This document shows, piece by piece, positions 18,046-25,346 of a stretch of DNA of 26,022 nt (within the stretch, counting starts at the first letter, position 1; each line of letters opens with the position of its first letter). The stretch covers positions 1 through 26,022 of the forward strand of contig JAZDJQ010000006.1 of assembly GCA_043803765.1 (NCBI GenBank), given 5' to 3'. The notes under the pieces were generated by a model, which searched no databases, was not told the DNA's origin, and saw nothing but the letters and a program-made list of their open reading frames with translations. Made by a program: the position numbers and the translations under genes. The stretch is from Candidatus Iainarchaeum sp. (lineage in GTDB: Archaea; Iainarchaeota; Iainarchaeia; Iainarchaeales; VGJJ01).

Positions 18046-18297
18046 ATGCCTTTTGTTATTATCTGGTCCGAGCAGGCACGGAAAGAGCTGTCCAAACTTG
18101 AAACCAAAATAGCCGATCGAATCGTATCCAAAATTGAATATACCAATTCCCTAGACTTGCTTCGATTGGAAAAAGTGGAAGGAAAACCCTATTTCAAATA
18201 CCGCGTTGGAACCTATCGCATATTCATCGAACGAAGCCTACACGACAGCGTTGAAATTATTCACATCGAACACCGACGAAACGCATACAAGAAATAA
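18046..18297 (+). CDS. relE: RelE/ParE-family toxin
   Basis: IIWSEQARKELSKL, FKYRVGTYRIF, IIHIEHRRNAYK. Confidence 0.9.
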   Translation: MPFVIIWSEQARKELSKLETKIADRIVSKIEYTNSLDLLRLEKVEGKPYFKYRVGTYRIFIERSLHDSVEIIHIEHRRNAYKK

Positions 18298-18346
18298 ATA
18301 AATACCCTCATTCTTGGACAGATAAAAAAAAAAAGTGTTGGTAAGA

Positions 18347-18874
18347 CTATCCCTTTTTCCTAAACTCATCGCGCAATTCCATCAGAATACGACAGAATAC
18401 TTTTCGAGGAAGGGATTTAGAATCACGGAGTTCGACCCAATGAATCAATCGAGCGTTTCCCGTATCCAATAATGCACGCATTTGCTCTGGATTTTGTAAA
18501 AAGCGTGCGCGTTCGGCACGTTTGGCAAGATTAAACAATGCTTTAGAGCCATATCGAAAAATTTGCCCATCGTAATACATGACTCCGTCATGGATCGTTG
18601 ATCCCGCACGCTTGGCATCCCCTCCTTTCATTTGAGTTACTTGTCCACGGATGGGATTTCCTGGATTAAATTTAATGGATTGCCAGAAGGCTTCGAAAGA
18701 CCGATAGCGAATGCCATCTAGCTTAAAAGGAGCTAAAGTGAAGTTGCTCAACATTTTTCCTTTTCCCTTTGCTCCTCCAGCCACATGAACGATGCGTCCA
18801 CGGGAAAGAAACTCGACCCAGTGGGCTGCCTTTCGAACCAAGCGAGTGTGCCAGGGTGGGCGGGACGGTTTCAT
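18347..18874 (-). CDS. NADAR-family hydrolase, phage T4 gp30.3-like subtype, with basic N-terminal extension
   Basis: LSNFTLAPFKLDGIRYRSFEAFWQSIKF, AKRAG, RFLQNP...ALLDTG, LIH...FCRILMELRD. Confidence 0.8.
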   Translation of the reverse strand: MKPSRPPWHTRLVRKAAHWVEFLSRGRIVHVAGGAKGKGKMLSNFTLAPFKLDGIRYRSFEAFWQSIKFNPGNPIRGQVTQMKGGDAKRAGSTIHDGVMYYDGQIFRYGSKALFNLAKRAERARFLQNPEQMRALLDTGNARLIHWVELRDSKSLPRKVFCRILMELRDEFRKKG

Positions 18875-18906
18875 TGAGGTATTAAATAACTAGACGAGAA
18901 TAAAAC

Positions 18907-19272
18907 CTATTTCACGAACTCCACGTTCTCCATGTTTTCGAATTCTTTGTCTCCTGTGAGGAATTTGATGCCCAGTTTTTTGGCTTGCAGATAACCGATG
19001 CAGTCCGGAATGGATAAATTTTGCTTGGAATAGTTTTTGTGCATGATGCAGGCATCAAAAATAAGACGAATGTCAATGGGAGCCGAGCATCGTTCGTATT
19101 CTTGGGCCAACTCATAAGCTGTTTTTTCATCCGTCCGTTTCAATAATCCCCTGCAATACTCTGCCAAGATGAAAGGATTGACGACTGGAATGCAATCCGC
19201 ATAGGGTGTATAGGAGGGATTGCCGTTCAATATCTCGAACAACGCGTACGTGTCGAAGACGTATTCAGTCAT
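18907..19272 (-). CDS. vapC: PIN-domain toxin (VapC)
   Basis: YVFDTYALFE, ILAE, LSIPDCIGY, FLTGDKEF. Confidence 0.9.
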   Translation of the reverse strand: MTEYVFDTYALFEILNGNPSYTPYADCIPVVNPFILAEYCRGLLKRTDEKTAYELAQEYERCSAPIDIRLIFDACIMHKNYSKQNLSIPDCIGYLQAKKLGIKFLTGDKEFENMENVEFVK

Positions 19273-19489
19273 GCCACATCTCCCTGTCCAGTTCCCGCAT
19301 CAACTCGCTTGTTGATTTTTTGGATTTCAGCCGGCCAAACGAGGCCTTGACGGGATGGGTATTGGGAAATACGAGCAGGCGAACATGATCCCCTGGCTTG
19401 ATGTGTGCTTTCTGCAACTCTTCTTTGGAAAGCGTCGCTCCCCAAGAACCCCCCCACTCCCTTATCTTGGCTTTGATTTCAATCGGCAT
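19265..19489 (-). CDS. AbrB/MazE-type antitoxin (VapB)
   Basis: KAKIREWGGSWGATLSKEELQKAHIKPGDHVRLLV swapped-hairpin motif. Overlaps the vapC start. Confidence 0.85.
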   Translation of the reverse strand: MPIEIKAKIREWGGSWGATLSKEELQKAHIKPGDHVRLLVFPNTHPVKASFGRLKSKKSTSELMRELDREMWHD

Positions 19490-19492
19490 ATT

Positions 19493-19510
19493 AGTTATAC
19501 TAGTATAACT
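19493..19510. promoter_or_regulatory. Perfect 18-bp palindromic operator of the vapBC operon
   Basis: AGTTATACTAGTATAACT lies between the TATA-like ATTTAAG (about 19515-19521, minus strand) and the antitoxin ATG at 19489. Confidence 0.65.
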
Positions 19511-19729
19511 CATACTTAAATCCAATCGTCCGAACGGGTTAAATAACTAGAGAAAATTTTTGGAGGAAATCATTTTGCCAAAAAAAAGAGTGAGCACATT
19601 CTTGGACATGTTAAATTCTTTTTGAAAAACCAAAACTATTTTTTCTTTGATTTTTGGGTGTTTTGGGTTGTGTTCAGGAGCCAATTCAAACAGAAATCAC
19701 ACACCCCCGCCGGCCAGTCTAAGATACAT

Positions 19730-19945
19730 AGCGCTTCGCAGAGGCGTTTTTGACCCAACTCTTTTTTTGTCTTAACAACTAGGGATTTTGCTGTTTTCAT
19801 TAACAAAATAGTCTCGGGGGCTGTACCAATGAGCCCTTTCTACCAATACCCATCTTGGCAGGGAACACCACCGTGCACCCACGAGTTCCTCTCCAAGAGG
19901 GGGTGGGCAACCTTTTAGGCAACTTTCACAGATCCGAATGTGGAA
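19730..19945 (+). ncRNA. Candidate structured RNA of unknown family
   Basis: GC-rich island in AT-rich non-coding DNA with four hairpins. G-U pairs favour the + strand. No known-family motif recognised. Confidence 0.25.
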
Positions 19946-20019
19946 TAAATCAAAACAGCCAAAGCCATGGCGTTTAACGATTTTTAGAGTTTATAGGATT
20001 TCATAAAAAAAACCGTTGA

Positions 20020-20810
20020 CTTCTACACAACAAACAATCCCTTTTGGCCACCTCAAAATCATTTTTTCCAATGAAGGCGTTTTTGACTGTTTTCAATCTT
20101 TTTCATCTCTTCATTTTTCTCAATTTTCCCGAGGGCGAAATGCAAGATAAGAGTGATTATCCTGCATATTATTGGTAGTTAGGGGGTTGAAAAAGGAAAA
20201 ATGTAGGAATTTGACGAATAAAGGGAAAATAGCGTTTAGAATAGAAACTAGTTGGTGGTTTTGTCCAGGGGTGGAAAAATAAAAAAAGGAGAAATAACAC
20301 TGCATGAAAATAGAAGTGAATTAAATAAAACATGGATAATGCTATTATTTTAGGATTAGACCGCGTTTAAATAAAGAGAATAAAATATGGCAAAATGTTA
20401 ATGATAGTTGTGTAGAAGTTAAGGGGTGTGAAGATTGATTCACTTACCACTCCACCTAAGACGATGAATTTGATTTCAATTGAGATAGAAAAAAAATTGA
20501 CAATGAACATATCAGTAGCAAAATGGCCTATTGAAAAGTAGTATTGCAATTGAAAGGTTAACAAGGTGTTTTGCCATTCCTTTTTGGAACACCAAAGTAA
20601 AAGAACACAATCCCCTCCCCCAAAAAGGGCGCTTTCCACCCTTCCAAAGCACACCCACCCAGTTACATAATGAAAAATAAATGCAAAATGTTAATTTTAA
20701 GCAGATTGCATCACCTGGCAAAAAGCTATTTGCTCAAAATGAAAATAGGAAAGGCAAGAAATATTTTCTTATTGGGTGATTCAAGAATCAAAAAAATAGT
20801 TGTGTAGAAG
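20020..20810. repeat. Three copies of 12-bp GTTGTGTAGAAG in a gene-free region
   Basis: Exact copies at 20020-20031 (reverse), 20407-20418 and 20799-20810. Confidence 0.7.
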
Positions 20811-20981
20811 AAGAAAATAATCTTTTAGAAAAACTAAAAAATAATTCTTTTAGGAATTTGTGTCTGTTGAAATCAGACAAAAATAAAACTTCAAACGAAA
20901 TTTAAAAAAAAAAAGCTCAACTGCCTAAACTGCCTTGTTGAAATAAATGCCTTTTCAATATCCTCTCTTTCTTGATGTATT

Positions 20982-21671
20982 TCATCTTCTTCTATTTTTG
21001 TTCCTGCGCAGAAACCGGTTAAAAAATCCTGGTTTTTTTCCGCCAGCAGTCGATCGGCGGAGAATTCTCCCAAAATAGGGAGAACGGCCATATCTCCATG
21101 CCATCTTGGTTGCCCCCGGAACCGTCCAGTCCATGGAATGAATCATCGCTCTTCGAGATGGAAAACCCGCAATACGATACACGGGATCATTGGCACGACT
21201 TTTAGTATAGGGAATGGTTCCCTCTCTTTTTTCACTAGCGGGTTCAGCTGTTCCATCAGGTCTCCTTATTCGGACGGTCTTACTTTGGGCAGCCGGACCA
21301 CTTATAAGAACCAATTTGTTACGTTTGACATCAATGTGATGGGTTATCCCTTGGATATCCAGTTCGACGGTGTAGTGCAGAGCCTCTAATGTATCTGATT
21401 TTCTCCTCGCAACGACGATTCGGCTAGGAATATTATTTTGTATAAGCATTTCGGCTGTCACGGCTGCCAAATCTAGACAGGGAAATGCCGCGACAGCGTA
21501 TCGGTCACGCATTATTTTGATAGGGGTGCGTGCACCAAGATGAAGAAGAGTGATTGGATTGATTCCTGAAAAACGAACATTCTCCGTGATGTAGCGTATA
21601 ATTCCATTCACTTTTTCTATTCCACTCGATGGAATAGTGGGGAACAAATCCGATTGACTCTTTTTTTTCAA
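20982..21671 (-). CDS. Transglutaminase-like (Cys-His-Asp) domain protein with basic C-terminal tail
   Basis: IIRYITENVRF, PCLDLAAVTAEMLIQNNIPSRIV, LHYTVEL and HHID follow the transglutaminase-like core pattern CxDxA...IPxRxV...HxxxE...D. Tail FFNRFLRRNKNRRR. Confidence 0.65.
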   Translation of the reverse strand: MKKKSQSDLFPTIPSSGIEKVNGIIRYITENVRFSGINPITLLHLGARTPIKIMRDRYAVAAFPCLDLAAVTAEMLIQNNIPSRIVVARRKSDTLEALHYTVELDIQGITHHIDVKRNKLVLISGPAAQSKTVRIRRPDGTAEPASEKREGTIPYTKSRANDPVYRIAGFPSRRAMIHSMDWTVPGATKMAWRYGRSPYFGRILRRSTAGGKKPGFFNRFLRRNKNRRR

Positions 21672-21686
21672 TACAATCCCTTTTTT

Positions 21687-22073
21687 TTACTTTGCCTGCA
21701 CGGCTAAATTAAGAGTGTGGGAGAAAGATTGAATGATGTCATGTGCACTCTTTGAATCGCGCGGGTGTTCGTGCACGCGCAATTGGAGAGGAATACTTGG
21801 GTCATCGGTTGCGGACTTGGAAAAAATATCATAATAGATTTTTTTCTGCTGTCCGGGCAAAAGATTTCCTATCTGCCGGTAATCTCTTATTTTAGCGCCA
21901 GCTCGTTCCAATGAAAGAGGACGTCCTACTTCTAACTCAATCGAGAAAGCGCGTTCTTCTTTTCCATCATTGCGCAAATCAAGTGTTAACTGCACCGGTT
22001 CCCTTCTCGCTAACACGAGACGAAACGGGTAAAATTCAGTTCGAATGTACACCATACTATTATTCCCCCTCAT
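21687..22073 (-). CDS. Hypothetical Ig-like beta-sandwich protein
   Basis: VQLTLDLRNDG...IGNLLPGQQKKIYY is a CARDB/NPCBM-associated-like pattern. No signal peptide. Confidence 0.7.
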   Translation of the reverse strand: MRGNNSMVYIRTEFYPFRLVLARREPVQLTLDLRNDGKEERAFSIELEVGRPLSLERAGAKIRDYRQIGNLLPGQQKKIYYDIFSKSATDDPSIPLQLRVHEHPRDSKSAHDIIQSFSHTLNLAVQAK

Positions 22074-22206
22074 ACTACCATATTATGGCGATTACTACTA
22101 TCCTATTGTCCTATTTTAAGGTGGGGGATTTTAACTTTCAACAAGGGACACACTTTTATAGTCCAAAACATTCTTTCAAAAGGAAAAAATCTTTTCCGTG
22201 ATTATT

Positions 22207-22683
22207 ATGTCGAAGATTAGGCTTCCTGAAGCGGATTTGGTGCGGCGCACCTTCATTGTGAAAGAAGCGGATTTGCCTCCTCAAGTGAGAATGACAAAGC
22301 GTTCGTTACTGCGCTGGTTCGCATTGTCAAGCGGGTGGATTTCAGAGCAAGAGTCAAGGCAGACTATTTTGGACGTTCTTGATGCGTTGTTTTATTATCA
22401 CTTGTCCAAAAAAGCATCTCCAAACGTGCCTGAAATCCTTAATTATGTAAAGGAAAAGACGGGAGAGGAATTATCTGAGAAATTATTGCGTTATCATTTG
22501 AAACGATTGACGGATTCACACTTTTTGATTCGGGATAAACAGCAGTACAAATTCAATCCTTCTCCAACAGGGGAACCGGGTGATATTGTTGCCAGTTATA
22601 ATTATTGGATTACGCAGAACGTGCACAAAAGTACGCAGAATATAGAAAACGCATTAACGGACTTGACGAAAACATATCTTTAA
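22207..22683 (+). CDS. Winged helix-turn-helix protein
   Basis: VPEILNYV...SEKLLRYHLKRLTDSHFLIRDKQQYKF (recognition helix plus wing). Confidence 0.75.
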   Translation: MSKIRLPEADLVRRTFIVKEADLPPQVRMTKRSLLRWFALSSGWISEQESRQTILDVLDALFYYHLSKKASPNVPEILNYVKEKTGEELSEKLLRYHLKRLTDSHFLIRDKQQYKFNPSPTGEPGDIVASYNYWITQNVHKSTQNIENALTDLTKTYL

Positions 22684-22798
22684 CGTTTATTTTTAATTCT
22701 AAATTTCTTATTTTCCGCTCCTTCAAAAAGTTTTGGCATTGATTCTCAACTCCTGCAAAACATTAACTCCAAGCATTTTAAATTTCACACATTTTTAC

Positions 22799-24490
22799 TC
22801 ATTTAATTGGAGGGTCTGGGGGCAGTTTTGGTTCTTCTGCAACACAATGGCAAGTAGTCGGGTGGCAATAAGGAGTTTGTGGAAAAACTCTTGCACAGTC
22901 GTCTTTGCAGACTTCCTTTTCCGGGTTGAAGTGTTTCATGTCAAGGCCCGTCCATGGACTTGTATTGGCGGCACAGCTTTCTTTCTTTGCTCCACCGCCG
23001 CCAGTAACGGGGCCTTTCTTTTTCCCATCACTCCCACCTTTTTTAGGAGGCGCCTTTTTACCTCCCTTGGCAAAGCACGCATTGTTGATGGCTTCAGCCT
23101 GTTTGTCGGTTACCCCCAATGCCCCCTGGGGAAGAATAGCAAGCATGAAATTGTCTAAAGGCAGCTTATCCTCTGTTTTAAAATCATAAATGTGATGATT
23201 GAGGTTAGTGGTTGAATCCCCTTGAATGGGGTCCCAGTTTTCCTCTGAAAATGCCTTATGCCCCCATTCATGAGCAATGATTCCAGGTTCATCTCTGTCC
23301 GCCATAATGGTCATTTGATTCAATTGGGCATTGCACAATCCTCCAGGTTCCCCTTTGTCATTCAGCATGACATGCGTGCAGTTCCTGAAGACAATTCCTT
23401 TGCGTGAAGCATTCGGTCCAAGCTCTGGAGCTGGTTGTAATATTTCCCCGGGGCCAATTATGGGTGCAGCAGAGTTTGCACTCCAAGACTGGATTTCTTT
23501 CCTGAACGGTTTGGGCTCTTTATCGTGCTCTCCCAACACTTTTCCACCTATCTTTGTTTCTTCATCGTATTCATGAAGGGAATGAAAAAAATCCTCGGTA
23601 TTTGTTACGGTGTCCGTGATTGGATTGTACCCTTTGGCATTTTCCGGTACAATGAGTTTTTTGTATTCGACTGTCACCGTCACGCACGCTTTTGCAAGCA
23701 CGTCCTTGAATGCCTTGTTAAGGTAATGATCGGCTTCCTGTACTTTTTTTTGGAAGGACTCCTTGCTTTCATCTTCTAGCACGGGAACATAGTACACCAC
23801 TTTTCGAACGCACTCAGGGTTCTTCGTGCACGGGTCTGTTCCAGCGGGAGAAAACAATGCAACCGAAAGCCCGGGTTCGGTCAATGTATTGAACGCGTCA
23901 CGGTCTTCATTACTTTCTTCAAACACCACTCGGCTGTCGGGCACCGCCAACGTGAAAGTCACTTTTGCGGATTCAACTGTGAATGGAAGCCCGGTATTGA
24001 TGCGCGCCCGAATGGAGTGAATGCCCGGGCTTGTCATGTTCTTTCCGTCCAGTTTCCAGATGAAATGGTTTCCAATGGTGATGATTCTACCGGATGGAAC
24101 GGTTTGGTGTTCTTCAGGGGGAACAAAAATGCTTATTTCCTTTATGGGAACGAATTCATAGGGTTTGTCGTCCACGCTTATTTCAAAGGACTGGATGGGC
24201 GTGTGGTCAATAAACTGGTAAAACTGCAAATACGATTCAGTGAAAGGTTCAATGGTATCTCCTTCTTCGATTGAAACAAAATCCAGTTGGCCAATGGCAA
24301 TAGAAGAACGATCAAAGCCCGCTCGAGAAAATGAGTTGTTTGAACTGCTTATCAATCCACTGTCAAAAGAGGGATACACGCGCAATTCACTTCTTGAATC
24401 ATATGTTGAGTGAACCCAGAGCAAGGATAATCCTGCCAGAAAAAATCCTACTACGAGCAGGCAACCCAAAAGCCCGAGCGTTTTAACCAT
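22799..24490 (-). CDS. Secreted/anchored zinc metalloprotease-like protein, paralog of 9303..11669
   Basis: N-terminal TM, IIAHEWGH (His-to-His at 23258-23272), NLNHH, DNFM Met-turn, Gly/Lys linker and Cys-rich end. Start 24490 or 24505. Confidence 0.8.
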   Translation of the reverse strand: MVKTLGLLGCLLVVGFFLAGLSLLWVHSTYDSRSELRVYPSFDSGLISSSNNSFSRAGFDRSSIAIGQLDFVSIEEGDTIEPFTESYLQFYQFIDHTPIQSFEISVDDKPYEFVPIKEISIFVPPEEHQTVPSGRIITIGNHFIWKLDGKNMTSPGIHSIRARINTGLPFTVESAKVTFTLAVPDSRVVFEESNEDRDAFNTLTEPGLSVALFSPAGTDPCTKNPECVRKVVYYVPVLEDESKESFQKKVQEADHYLNKAFKDVLAKACVTVTVEYKKLIVPENAKGYNPITDTVTNTEDFFHSLHEYDEETKIGGKVLGEHDKEPKPFRKEIQSWSANSAAPIIGPGEILQPAPELGPNASRKGIVFRNCTHVMLNDKGEPGGLCNAQLNQMTIMADRDEPGIIAHEWGHKAFSEENWDPIQGDSTTNLNHHIYDFKTEDKLPLDNFMLAILPQGALGVTDKQAEAINNACFAKGGKKAPPKKGGSDGKKKGPVTGGGGAKKESCAANTSPWTGLDMKHFNPEKEVCKDDCARVFPQTPYCHPTTCHCVAEEPKLPPDPPIK

Positions 24491-24570
24491 ACAACAATAT
24501 TGCATGTAGAAGATTTAAACATTCCTGCCACCAAACTCTTTTATCCTCCCTGACCATGTGAATAGCTAAA

Positions 24571-25254
24571 ATGGGATTGCTCATGCTTAAACCCCGCCCA
24601 CGAAATACACCAAAAAAGCCAAATAAGCTTTCAAAAGGAAAGCGTCCATGGCGCTTGCGCGCTGCGCTTGGAATTGGGGGCGCGGCCGTTGCCGGCTCGC
24701 TTTTTTGGGGAGGGTATAAGCTCGCACCCGGCTATCGCATGATTCGGTTTATGAACCGCCCGCCCATTGAATTAATTCATTCAATCAAAAAAGCACGATT
24801 CATTCTACCTGAAGTCATTGTAAGCGCGGTAAGCCAGGGAGGGAAATTAACGCCTGCTATGGAAAAACGCCTTCATTCCCTTTTGCGCTCGCGCATGCCG
24901 GAATGGCAGGTAAAGCGAGCCATGACCGCTCTTAAAACTCCGAAGGGGCAGGGTGCAGGATTTTATTTATTGTGTGAAGCCGCACACGAGGAAGCGCTAA
25001 AAAAGGAGTATGTTTACTGGGCTCGTAATGAATATATGGGAATGGGTGCGGATGGCTTTGGAAAAATCCAGCCCAATTCTCGCTTTACGGTTATTATTTA
25101 CGGTGCTCTCCATGGACCCTTGTTGGTAGACAAAGAGGGAGTCGTTCAAATCAATCGCATGACGGAAGACCGGGATGTGCTAAGAATTCTCCACCAAGCA
25201 CTGGAAATGGAAAAACGCTTTTCAGATGAAGAACTGGCCGGAAAGCTCAAATAA
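24571..25254 (+). CDS. Basic membrane-anchored hypothetical protein
   Basis: KPRPRNTPKKPNKLSKGKRPWRLRAALGIGGAAVAGSLFWGG: basic leader plus a Gly/Ala-rich hydrophobic helix. Confidence 0.75.
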   Translation: MGLLMLKPRPRNTPKKPNKLSKGKRPWRLRAALGIGGAAVAGSLFWGGYKLAPGYRMIRFMNRPPIELIHSIKKARFILPEVIVSAVSQGGKLTPAMEKRLHSLLRSRMPEWQVKRAMTALKTPKGQGAGFYLLCEAAHEEALKKEYVYWARNEYMGMGADGFGKIQPNSRFTVIIYGALHGPLLVDKEGVVQINRMTEDRDVLRILHQALEMEKRFSDEELAGKLK

Positions 25255-25346
25255 TTTTTTTCTGCACGATCTTTTCCGGACTTTTGTTTCTCACTAAGCA
25301 GGTAGGACAAATTGTTTTGATTTTTTAATTTTTGTCGGACGATTTG

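Noticed and set aside
19811-19866. TPP riboswitch, SRP RNA or RNase P RNA
   Set aside because: Only superficial matches (CTCGGGG...AATACCC...AGGGAA). It lacks GCTGAGA and CTGAT..TAAT, the SRP helix 8 GNRA/AGCA motif, and complementary RNase P P4 strands.
20120-20721. Short minus-strand ORFs 20120..20305, 20367..20654, 20512..20721
   Set aside because: Phe-rich translations of A-tract DNA, partly overlapping each other, with no motifs.
8800-25254. Integron cassette array or provirus
   Set aside because: Mixed gene orientations, no recurring attC-like sites seen, and no integrase, capsid or terminase genes.
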